Positions 37,990 to 48,729 of a DNA stretch of 64,000 bases are shown one piece after another. This stretch comes from Epithemia pelagica (lineage: Eukaryota > Protista > Bacillariophyta): assembly GCA_946965045.2 (NCBI GenBank), contig OX337239.1:124001-188000 (forward strand), given 5' to 3'. Under the pieces are notes generated by a model, which was given only the letters and a program-made list of their open reading frames with translations, had not been told where the DNA came from and searched no databases. Each line of letters starts with the position of its first letter. The stretch's first letter is position 1. The position numbers were made by a program, and so were the translations under genes.

Positions 37990-38378
37990 CAACGACCACA
38001 ACAAGAATCAGATTGACAATACGGGCAATGTGTGTGTTTGGGATGCCGAAAAACCCTTGACGTGGGCCTTGAATGAGGAACTACAAGAGCAATTGGTCTT
38101 GCGGAAAACAAGAAAGAGCACTGTTCCTACCGATCCAGACAAGCACCAAACTAGGGAATTCTTGCCCCTCTTGTCGCCGTCACAAACACCAGAACCCGAT
38201 GCAACGACGACGACACCCATGGTCTTGGGAACCGTCTTGAAATTGGGTGCGGGCATGGCTGGATTGGCTGCCTTGTCCTTGGGGCCGTATGCGCACCGCA
38301 TTGTCTTGAGAGATGGCCATTTGTACTGTGTCCAAAGCAATCGAGTCTCGATGCACTTGATACGAGCCTGGCAGGCAC
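37990..38378 (+). pseudogene. Calmodulin-lysine N-methyltransferase-like (Methyltransf_16) fragment, copy 1
   Basis: IDNTGNVCVWDAE..VLKLGAGMAGLAAL..IVLRDGH. Truncated. Confidence 0.7.
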
Positions 38379-40209
38379 TCGTGGTGATGTATGACACACT
38401 CGAACTTGTGTGTGCTGAGCTAATAATGACGTGTTTGGATGACCCGTTTCTTTTGTGCAAAGAAATATACTCTCTGCTCGAGGAAGAGATGGCGGAAGCA
38501 ATGCGATGTACAAGTGGAAACGTTTGATGAAAAAAGGGGCTCAACAAGTTGGCGATGACAAGAACGTGAGGAACAAAGACTTTGCGCACTTTATCTAACA
38601 CGTGCCATGAGATGACCTTGGCGCAGAGGCAGAGGCAGAGAGACAACCCTACTACAGCGTATGGAAGGTGTGAACTTACGTTGTCGTTTCGTTTGAATGC
38701 TTTCAAGTGCTTTAGGTTGATCGACTACGGACTATGACTTGTCCTCTAGAGGAGTAATACTCCCAGAGCTAGGATTACCTTCAACTCCTTCATATTACTA
38801 GAGGAGTAGTTGTTTCCTGTTTGTGGCCGTTGGTACGAATCATTTGAATCGATTCCAAGAGCAGATGCGCCGGCCAAACAAGATCCGCCGGCCGAACCAA
38901 CAAACACAAAAGCGGTCACGCAACGAGCACTGGAAACTGGAACACTGGAACAAGAGGAACCGAAACCAACCCCGAGGAGGGGAAAGCATCCATGACAGTA
39001 TCAATGCAATCACCATGGCACAGAGTACCAGGCATTCTTCTCGTTGTTGGAACAGAACACGTGCCGTGGTGAAACGTGCCCTGACGCTGTCCACAAGAAC
39101 GAAAACGAAAACGATTGGCTCGACAAACCAAAGACACCCATTAAGGAAGGATCCCCACAATCCTACTAGAGCCTTGTTGTGGTTGTCGTTGCCATCCCTT
39201 CCCGAACGGCTTCCAAACCCATTTTCGCTCGATTTTCCAGTCTTGTCTCCGTCTCCTCCGCCGTGGGTCCTTTCTGTTCCGCAACGACTTCGAGAGTATC
39301 CATCACCAGGACCCTCCTATGCATCCCCAAAGGGTACGTCCCAAATCGTGTTTGGTTGTTGTAGTTGCGCTGGTGGAACAGAATACTGTCGACACTCAAC
39401 AGTTTTGTGTTCGTATCATCCATGACACAACAGGCAAACGACGCCTCATCTTTTAGCTGAAACGTGGGAGCTCGAACAGCAGGAGAAACACAGACCAGCC
39501 ACAGGAAAAGCAAAACAACTCTTTGACGTGAGAAACAACAACAACAACCTTGCGTCAAAGGTGTTTTTGCGTTGTTGTTGTTGTTGGTGGTGTTTTGTGT
39601 CACGTGATTGTGATTGGACCGATTGATTCCTTCCTAAACCGGTAGAATTCCTACCCAAGAGGTGCAAGAGTGGAGGCACGTCCGTGGGAAATCCTTCCTT
39701 CCTCTCTCCCACAGAAACACAACCCATCCTTCATTCTCTCGCACCTCTCTTGTGCGACAGTAAAAGCCAACCAACACCAACCGCCCATCGAGCAGCAACG
39801 ACTCGAACAAGAAGAAGAAACACCCTCCTCCTCAAATCTCCCTTTTGTCCATTTCCATCCAAACAGTTTCATCATGGACAGCAAAAGTCAACGCAATGGA
39901 GTCTCTATAATATACCATTGCTTCCAGACTGTGTGTCGAATCGAATGGAGGCATGTCCTTCCACTCGATCCAACACCTGGTGTGCCTCTAGTTGCGTAGG
40001 TTCTCATGGTCTGTGTTGTGCGTTGACATGTATGTCTCACATTCTGTGTTGCATCGTTTTGCTTGGAACGGTGCTTAGGGTCCATGCTTCACCCTTGTAT
40101 TGCTTGTTGTGTTCCAACTCTACTTCTACACTTGAATGCGGCTCTCCAATCTCTCTCTTACTCGGTCCATTATTATTATTATCATTCTTCACATTCTTCC
40201 AGTTTCCAT

Positions 40210-40878
40210 TGCGCCCTTGACGACGCCCGAAGAGGCACAAGCCTTTTTGGCCAACATGCGGGAAGCGCAACACAAGCGCGAACGCTCCCATCAACCCCCC
40301 AGTAACTTGTCGGCCGATGTCTGGTTTTTGCGACAACGCAAGGAAGAACAGGAATTGCGCAATCGACGACGCGAGGCGGAAACCATTTTGCACAATTATC
40401 GCAGTGGCAATCAAAATGGCAACAACGGCAATGGCAACAGCCGTGCCAGTTGGGACAACAAATCGTCCTCCACACCTCGTCATTCCTCTGCCGGATCCGA
40501 ACATGGCAATGATACACCCACCGATCCCAACGATGACACGGAAAGCCACATTGCAGCCGACTATGCCCGTACAACGGCGGCTCTGTTTGCGACGCAACCC
40601 TTAACCACCAAGGGCCCCAGTCGTAGTAGTAGTTTGCCCGATCAAGAAGAAAAGAAGGAAAGCACGGAACCCTCCTCACCATCACAGCGTCGATTGGGGG
40701 AACCACACAACCGTCCTTGTCGGCCGTTCACCTGTCGGTCGAACCCACGCCGCCCTTGACAACTCCAGCGACAGCAGCAGTTGTGGAAGAAACCATTTGG
40801 AGGGACTTTGTCAGTTCCGCACCAGGTGCCAAGTTTCCACCTTCGGCGGGTCGGTATCACTTGTACTGTGTCGGCGCA
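40210..40878 (+). pseudogene. N-terminal part of a glutathionyl-hydroquinone reductase/GST (ECM4/YqjG-like) gene, truncated by the repeat array
   Basis: WRDFVSSAPGAKFPPSAGRYHLY at ~40800-40866. Homology stops just before the expected CPW active-site motif. Confidence 0.65.
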
Positions 40879-40939
40879 AGTCCTGTTGTGTGTAACATTT
40901 TTTATGTGGCTCTTGGTAAGGAGATTGGTATCTCTCCCG

Positions 40940-41385
40940 CAAGCCCGCTGGCGTCGTCAACGCGGCCACAAATACAGCGGGTATTGTAGGGAAGCGGAGG
41001 AATCAATGGATTCTCCAGGGGCAACTATGGCACTCTTCCCCAATGGCACAGAGACCAAAGTCTCCATGCCATACCTGATGACACAAGGACAAAGTCCTCG
41101 TACCACCAGGGTTTTGTGATGGCATATGGTGACACAAGGACAAAGTCCTCGTGCCACCAAGGTTTTGTGAAATTTTGGAAGCCCAGAGGAATCAATGGAT
41201 TCTCCAGGGGCAACTATGGCACTCTTCCGGAATGGCACAGAGACCGAAGTCTCCATGCCATACCTGGTGACACAAGGACAAAGTCCTCGTGCCACCAGGG
41301 TTTTGTGATGGCACAGAGACCGAAGTCTCCATGCCATACCTGATGACACAAGGACAGAGTCCTCGTGCCACCAGGGTTTTGTGAT
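40940..41385. repeat. Modular tandem array of hairpin-forming units, copy 1
   Basis: Unit A (GAGGAATCAATGGATTCTCC..GCAACTATGGCAC) x2, unit B (GGCACAGAGACCRAAGTCTCCATGCC) x3, unit C (GACACAAGGACARAGTCCTCGTRCCACCARGGTTTTGTGA) x4. Confidence 0.9.
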
Positions 41386-41591
41386 AACACCGACAACCGA
41401 CACACCAACAAGGACCGTCTCCGATCTCCGACAAGGTCTCTAGCTAGACTCAGCTGATGTAGGAGTAGGAAGTAGGAGTAGAATTTAACAATGTCGTTAG
41501 AAACAGAAGAAGGGGTAGAGTGAGTAGGATGAGTAGGAAAACGATTCATTACCGACACGACCGTGCGAACGTACCATTGGCAACCGACAAG

Positions 41592-41860
41592 TTATTTTTC
41601 TGTACCCGTACCCGCGGACAAAAGACGAGCGGATCGTCGAACGTGCACCATTCGGCGTGCCTTTTTGGAGTAGGCAAAAACAAGGATCCTGCCCAAACGC
41701 GGGGAGTCCTCGGGGCCGGAGGAACTCTCGATCACGCTTTGGGGGGCATTCTCATCGATGTGAGGCGAGGTATCGTTTTGGGTGGGGGTGGGGGAAGGAG
41801 GGGTAGCGACCATGGAAGAAGGGGTGGAATTTCGAGGGGGTGAGTCGTGCCCCAAAGTGA

Positions 41861-41892
<32 letters not shown>

Positions 41893-42380
41893 GGGATTAG
41901 CGCGGGTTCAGGCTCAGGACGGTCGACTGGAACCAGAGGGGTCTCCTCGTCGTCCTCGAGATCGTCTGCGAGTGCGAGAGGAGGGAAGTCCAAGTCAGCG
42001 TCGAACTCGCAAGGCAGAACAGCAACAGTGTCGACGTCGACCGCCTCCTCGCGATCGCGAATCTCCATCTCTTCATCTTCCTGTCGACCATTCTTGCAGT
42101 TCTTCGCAGCAAGCTTTGCTTCGGCAATGGCCAGCTGTTGTTGAAGCTGAGCTTTGTCGTGTCGAAGCTGTCGAAGCTCCGCGTGTTCGCTACTTGTAGT
42201 ACGACTTTTCTTGCTGAAAATGACCCGAAACAGGTGTTGGACGATAAGTTTCGCCTCATCGAGGACATCAGCGACACCGTAACACAGTATGAGAGTCACA
42301 AAAGGAGCAACTAACAGAGCCCATTCGGAGCTGATCATCTTTTCGTAACAGTAATCACAATCACACATCATCATGGTCAA
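41592..42380 (-). CDS. Unknown protein: N-terminal TM, coiled coil, acidic/Pro-rich region, basic RRSARL tail (copy 1)
   Basis: 262-aa frame, also open in the second copy, where its indels are multiples of 3. Confidence 0.6.
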
Positions 42381-42899
42381 TCGTATTTTTGGTCAATCGT
42401 ATTTTGTTTTTGTGCGTTTTGGATTGTTGCGTGTTGTTGTTGTTGGCGTTTCGTGTTGTTTGGCGATCGGACCCTCGAGGTGCGAGGCAGCGGGGTCGGT
42501 TTAGACGAGCACAACAATCAACCGTTCGAGGGCAGCAACACCCACCGTCGGGGCAATGTCGCACGTACCTCGAGGGGTCGAGGGCAGCAACACAGCGCAA
42601 CTACTCAACAATCAACCGTCGGGCGGTCCAATCACCACCAAGACGACGACGACGACAAGAACAAAGAGCAAGTCGATGACGACGACACAACAACAAGATT
42701 CTAAATCATAATGAATAGCACACCATCGTGCATGGGTTGGTTCTTCTTCTATGCGACTACTACGACGGTTTGGTTGATACAACAATACAATACAATACTA
42801 CACCCCAATCTGTTTCGTTTTGATGTTTGCTGGTTTCTACCTAGTTTGGTTAATGGGCCACCAAGGGAGCCGTTGCAGCTGTGGTGGGCACTTCGGACC

Positions 42900-43325
42900 G
42901 CATCTCCTCGACACATTCTTGAAAGTCTCCCATATCAAACAACATAGCGCCCTTGAAATGACTGGCATCGCCAAATTGGACATGATCCTTGTCAATCATT
43001 TGATTGGTTCGGGCGACGCGGCCAAAATTGTTCAATGGATTTGTAGAGGGCGGCCAGTGTGGCATTGCCGCGCTTGAGGGTTTCTTGGAGCATGGAAAGG
43101 GCTTCTTCGGGTTTGCGCAACAACATTCGGGCCATGTTGTTGACCGAACACAAATCCACAGGGTCAAAATTGAGAGGCAAAAACTTGTGCGACACGGACG
43201 CGGCCAAGTGAAAGAATTGCAGGGCTGTATTGGGTCGACACCAATCTGATAATGAATCAGGCCCATATTAAGGAGGGTCGCCTTGGAACATTCGACGGGT
43301 CCGGCACAACAGGCGGCTTCTTCTT
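42900..43325 (-). pseudogene. TPR-like protein fragment (copy 1)
   Basis: KATLLNMGLIHYQ..SVNNMARMLLRKPEEALSMLQETL, frameshifted. Confidence 0.5.
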
Positions 43326-43334
43326 GCGTGCCCG

Positions 43335-43510
43335 TCATGTCCGGCATGCAACAAAAAGTAGGATTGCAAAGTCCGCAATCGGGCCAATTCGCCTTCAACC
43401 GTTTGGTCCTGGGCTTCAGGATCGGGGACGGGCAAAATCCAATCGTTGGTGGCAATGCCTTGCGGCGTAATCGTTCGCAAGGCCTCGCGTAATTCGGAAT
43501 CGTCCACAAA
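43335..43510 (-). pseudogene. Fragment resembling the pre-GAF helix of sensor proteins (copy 1)
   Basis: QTVEGELARLRTLQSYFLL resembles the ExxRLxxLxxYxIL GAF N-terminal helix. Cut immediately after. Confidence 0.5.
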
Positions 43511-43814
43511 TCCACCACGGAACGACCGGCCGTAGACACGGGCGTACGAGCCTTTTTGCGAGCCGGATACGAATAGCAAGACATGGTAGTAGTGTGTTGT
43601 GTTTGTTGCGTTTGGTTAACAAAGGTCGTTGTTGCAAGTTGCAATTCGCAAGACTTGTGAGCTCAACTACACAACGTCTCTACTTCTACGAGTAGGGTTG
43701 TGTTCGTCTCCCTCCACACCTGATCTGTGGGACAAGCACACGGCCCCAACTACAACGCAACTCTCTCTAAGTCGTCGTCGTCATCGTCGTGTTGGAGGAG
43801 GATGGTGGTGTATG

Positions 43815-44012
43815 GTCACCGGGCAATTGTCCACAGTCGGATATCACGACATTGACAACAGGTTTGTCCGAATAGCCCGTTTTGGTCGTTTCAATCACCT
43901 GAACAATTTCCATGCCTTCGACGACATGCCCCAAAACGACATGATGTTTGTCATCCAAATGCGGCGTGGCGGTGGTGGTGACAAAATTCGTGCCTGGACC
44001 GGAATTGGCCAT
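43815..44012 (-). pseudogene. Cyclophilin C-terminal fragment (copy 1)
   Basis: [56 protein letters not shown]. The conserved GSQF is deleted. Confidence 0.9.
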
Positions 44013-46229
44013 CGGCTATGAGTAGACCAAATAATGCTTTCAATCTTAGTACAAGAGTGAAAGAAGACGTTCCCAGTGGTGGTTGTGGTAGTTGCAAGGG
44101 TTCCTGGGGGCGTGGTTTGGTGCAGCCACAGAAGGATGATGATCTTCGTCTTGTTGCAGTGGGACGAAGAGAGAGCTCCGCAAGAGGCAATGGTAGAATC
44201 AACCTCCACCAGGTACTCCGTGGGAATGACGGAGTCTGCGCAAGAGAGAGAACATGAGAATACGAGACCAGTGGCATTGGTAAATTGTTACAAACAGGAA
44301 CTTACCTTGTTGCTTCAGGTAGGCGAGAAGAGAAGCTAGCTTGTCGCCTTTAGCTTAGCACTGGTTGCCACATATAACGATCTTATATTTCCATGTACTC
44401 TTTAGAGTGTGATTGTTTGTCGTTATCTTACGACGGACTGTCTGCAAATGGTCGGCTTGGAATACAAAACATGTCATTCAACGCTGCATTATCCAACTGG
44501 TAGTACTTGTGGCAGTGGCGCACTCACTGCATTCGATACGGTTGTGGAGGCTCGAGGTGAATCGTTGTCAGGCGACGACGAAACCAAATGTTCATCGTCA
44601 CTGGTTTGATGAGGATTGGTGTCTGAAGAGAGGCCCTGGAAGTTTCGCATTTCATTTCCTCTCTGGAAAGAAATCGGTATTCTTGTTGGTCGAGAATTTA
44701 TAGTACAGTGGCACAAGACTCCTTCCATTGTGTGTTTTTTTTTCTGGCCATGACTTGTCTTGGCGAGTACAGTGTCGGGCTCATCCAGCAGGCGAAATCT
44801 CTTTCATGATTCTGTGCGTTTTCCTGGGATAGCGAGGTCTCTATCGTTCTCTTCTCTGGCGAGGTCCATGGTCCATGGTTGCGTCGGCGATGGTCATGAC
44901 CATGGAAAGGAGGGAAATCTGAGGATGATGAGGATCGAGAAAACCATCTTTGAAGCCCATTCAGGAGGATCTCGATCCACCTGTGATCATCGGGAGCATT
45001 CTTGAGTTCATACCGACGATAGGTCGACAAATGCTTCAAGACGCAGACATGTGCGTAGCTATTGTGTTCTGCAACCCCACTCGTTCCGCAAGCGGTGCGC
45101 CATTCGGAAGCACATGAAACCAACGGATGTTTTATGTTTTCGTACTCGTACACGACAAAGACCAAATAGTAATGGAGTGACAGATGTACTTAGACGTAAG
45201 ACGTACGCCGAGCTTCCGAATTGTTACCTATCAAATAGCAAGTAAACGGATTCTCAACGCAGAGCTTCCGAATTGTTCTCTATCAAATAAACGTCAACGG
45301 ATCCTGAACGCTAATTATCAATCAATACAATTGGCCAACGGATCTCGAACGCCAGGCGACACTTCTCGGGGGAAAAGGGGGCATACATACAGACACAACA
45401 GTTCGTTCAAGAGGATACAGGATACGCTCTTTCCCGTCGCCATCCCCTTGGACGCATGCGTGAAAGGCGATTCCCTCTTTGTGTGGTCTCCCTTTCAGAG
45501 AGACAAACAATCAGTAATCATCCACATAGCAACTCGTTGAGCGTTAAACCGTCGTCGGTTCGTAGTTCTATTACTCCTATAGCATCTAATATATTATATA
45601 GAGACTTGTTCCATTCGTCTCACAAACTAGACAGCACAACCACAAACACTCATCATGCTTCGGTTCGTCGTTCTACGAAAAGCATAGCATACTATAATGC
45701 AAAGTGACTTGTTCCTTTTGTCTCGCATCAAGTCAGTATAGACAGACAAACCACCGACACAGAGAGGACTGAAGAAATTTGTGTAGGAGTAAGAAAAACC
45801 TATTCGACTGGCTACTAATTATTTTGGCATGCCGGTGTAATTGGCAGGGTAAGGCCATGGATTCTGTTGTTGTTGTTGTTGTTGTTACTGCGAGAACGTG
45901 GTGTCATTGCAGCAGAGAGAAAGGCAGTCCTCTCTCATGCTTGCATTGTGCCATCTTTATGGTCTGTTGATGAAGATGGCAACCCCATTGAGGATGGTGG
46001 AGCCGTTCCCAACACAAGGACGGCCGCCTCGGATCCACCCCTTCCCGTCAAGCTGTGTTTGGCCAGTTCGCTCCATACCGTGGCTGGGACCCGAAATTGC
46101 CGTGGCGGATATCTTGCCCGTGTTTACGGATTATTTTTGTTGGCATCGTCGATCATGAAAAACTACAGTCATGCATTTAAAGCAGTTGCCTCCATGACAG
46201 CGAGGTGAATATTCGTCTTATCAGCGGCA

Positions 46230-46715
46230 GTGTGTTCGATCATCGTGGCGCTGCCATTTTCATCGTCGGGAGTGGATGCATGGACGTTCCCCGTTGTCTG
46301 TCGAACAATTGCTCACCGAACGAACGCTCCTTACCCAAGGTTCGACGTCGACCAGAACCCAAATCCCAGTCTCCTAGAACGTCGGTTCGACCGTTTTCAT
46401 CATGACTCTACATCAGCCCTCGCTAGCACCACTACTGAATCGGCCACAATTGTGGGGGTTCCACAGTTTCCTCCTCAACCACGAACACTTACGACAACGA
46501 GAGCGACCAATCCAAGGAAGTACGACCTCATTTGATATTTCCGGGTGGTGGTTTGTTCTTTTACTGGCAAGCTGGTGTCATTACCTATTTACGAGAACAA
46601 GGCTACTTGTTGAATGGGCCCCACGGTGCCACCGTAGCCGGGGCATCGGCCGGCGCCTTGACTGCAACCTTGACGGCTACCAATGTGGATTTTTATGAGG
46701 CCATTAATCATTGAA
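46230..46715 (+). pseudogene. Patatin-like phospholipase N-terminal fragment
   Basis: FPGGGLFFYWQAGV..VAGASAGAL (Gly-rich loop and GxSxG). Frameshifted and truncated. Confidence 0.8.
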
Positions 46716-47059
46716 CCGCAAAGCGAAGTTTTCATCACATGTTGGTGGACTTCGACTGTGACGGGGTCTTTATCCCAAGCATCAATGGTAATGAGATTGT
46801 GGAAAGGAAAATTGAACTGTATGGGCATGTGTCACTCTTCTTCGGAGGCGAAGAAGAAAAGGACTACTGCTCGGAGGCACAGAGGGACTGCCGCTGGGCG
46901 ACTAACTCGGAATTCACTGGGTGAATCTTATGAAGACCCGGACGTATGGATACTCTAGTCCACAGTAGATACCAATGATGGATTGGAAGTCGGAGAGCTA
47001 CTTGGACTCGAGCTCGGACTTGAACTTGGCGACTCACTGTGGAAGATTCGGAGGGAGCC

Positions 47060-47480
47060 TCACTGTCAGACACCGAGGGCGGACTAGATGGCGAATTGCT
47101 GGGAGAACTTGACAGTGATGCGCTGAGACTCGAACTGGGACTTGCGCTAGGTGATTATGAAGGAGCTGAGCTTGGAGCAATGCTACTCCAAGGAGATTCT
47201 GAAGGCGAAACTTTATGGACTTTCGCTTGGACTGCTGCTAGGACTGTTGCTTGGTTCAGAACTTGAAGTAATCAATGAAGTTGAAGAGGGCTCAGAACTC
47301 GGACTGGAACGGGGGGAAGAACTAGGGCTGGAGCTGGGTTCCAAACTTGGTGATGCACTGGGACTTTCTTGCACTTGGGACGAACTTGGTGATGCACTGG
47401 GACTTCCTTGCACTTGGGATGAACTCGGTTATGAACTGTGGGAGATGCCCTTGGTGACATACTCGGAGATAACTCGCAAG
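47060..47480 (-). pseudogene. Ser/Pro-rich mucin-like (SPSxxPS) repeat fragment with an internal ~35-bp duplication
   Basis: SPSASPSLEPSSSPSSSPRSSPSSEPS. CTTGGTGATGCACTGGGACTT.CTTGCACTTGGGA occurs twice at 47347-47419. Confidence 0.55.
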
Positions 47481-48332
47481 CGCACTGGGAGATGAACTCG
47501 GATTGGCACATTGCAAGTCCATGCTGTAGGTGAGCGAAAAACCTGGTGTCAAATGTACTTCGAAAAGTAAGGATATGATATCCCTCAGGGGCGTTCTCTT
47601 CCTTGGTAAGACTTTTGCATGTAAACCAATTGAGTATGTCTTCGGATCGGGAAGATTCGTAATATCCCAAATTTCATGGTTTTTACGGATAGAGTACCTG
47701 AAACCAATCGCTTCGTGTTCGTCAACATGCTTTATCATCCGACGATAACGCGCGGTCACAAGCTCCATATGAGCTGGAATATGCTGACTCTTGGCCACCA
47801 TAGTAGGATTTTTCTTTAAACGGCAACATGATAATTCTTCCACATGCCATGGTATGTGTTGACCCATTTATCTACGTCAGCGTCAGGTTGGAGATGAAGA
47901 TGAATGAGCCGTAATGGAAGACTGAGAGGGATAAGCCACCCTTTGTTTCCATTCGGTGCAGACGACACCATGGATTCGTTGTCGTCGTTCGTCCCTTGTA
48001 TTCGTTGTTGAAGCTCTGAAGCATCTTGACAGTGCTTGTTCCGATCCAGCTTACAGATGTGATCGAGCAGGAGCCGACCCGGAAGGTGTAAGTTCTTGTT
48101 CTTGATGCTTTCAAGATGCGATTTGTAGCAGGTCAAGAATGTGAACGGCGAAACATGGCCTATTGAACTGGCCTGGCCAGAACAACGACAAGCGCAACGA
48201 CCTTGCCATGAGACATCGTGTTCTTGCCACTCTCATACACGAGGTGGAGGTGGATCGTGGATATCATATCGATGCGCACCATTGCGCGCACGCCGCACGG
48301 ACTGCATCCAATAAGACAGTAAGTGGATTTCC

Positions 48333-48490
48333 TTGTCGAGGCTCTCGCGTACATTTAGCTTTTTCCGGTCACGTTCCTCTATGTGGGGATCAAGGAATGA
48401 GGCTGTACTACGTCAAGAGAAGCAAGAACGCAACGAGCAAATTCACGGATCTCATCCGCAGATTCCTTCGACAAATTTCGCTCCAGAAAC
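48333..48490 (+). repeat. ~160-bp dispersed repeat, copy 1 (of 56612-56770)
   Basis: GTCGAGGCTCTCGCGTACATTTAGCTTTTTCCGGTCACGTTCCTCTATG..AGCAAGAACGCAACGAGCAAATTCACGGATCT is shared. Confidence 0.9.
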
Positions 48491-48729
48491 CAGCACAACA
48501 GATGCTAACGTTGAGGGCAAGACTACTCCAAATGATGAACCACAGGAGGACATTGATAACGTTCGCAGTGACGAAGAGTCTCTTGCGACGTGGTCGGTGG
48601 CCACACTCACGAAGAAATGATCAGGACTGGAGACCGGTCCACAACTGGACGAGAATGAAACGACGGACAAACAACAGAGCGGAACAACATCTTCTGAAGT
48701 CTCACATAGACACAAAGAAAAGAAAGATT

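Larger units (their letters stand above)
40884..42692 (-). mobile_element. Putative mobile-element module, copy 1 (hairpin array + ORF)
   Basis: Present twice in the window. Begins TGTTGTGT (40884) and has ACACAACA at 42685-42692. Interrupts the GST gene. No TSD found, so boundaries are tentative. Confidence 0.45.
41230..44128. repeat. ~2.9-kb direct segmental duplication, copy 1 (of 59864-62901)
   Basis: Near-identical sequence over the ORF, spacer, TPR, GAF and cyclophilin fragments. Similarity ends after GGTTTGGTGCAGCC. Confidence 0.95.

Noticed and set aside
41070-41120. Hammerhead ribozyme (CTGATGA followed by a stem)
   Set aside because: The stem after CTGATGA is followed by CCACC, not GAAA. 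Other copies read CTGGTGA or ATGGTGA. No complete core seen on either strand.
41430-41450. Helitron 3' end (hairpin + CTAG)
   Set aside because: CTAG is internal to the duplicated unit, is not followed by a host T in an AT target, and no 5' TC end or Rep/helicase was found. Kept only as a hypothesis for the CTAG islands.
45190-45330. ~50-bp duplicated unit GAGCTTCCGAATTGTT..TATCAAATA..AACGGAT as a regulatory array
   Set aside because: Only two and a half degenerate copies with no structure or context. Best explained as local slippage.
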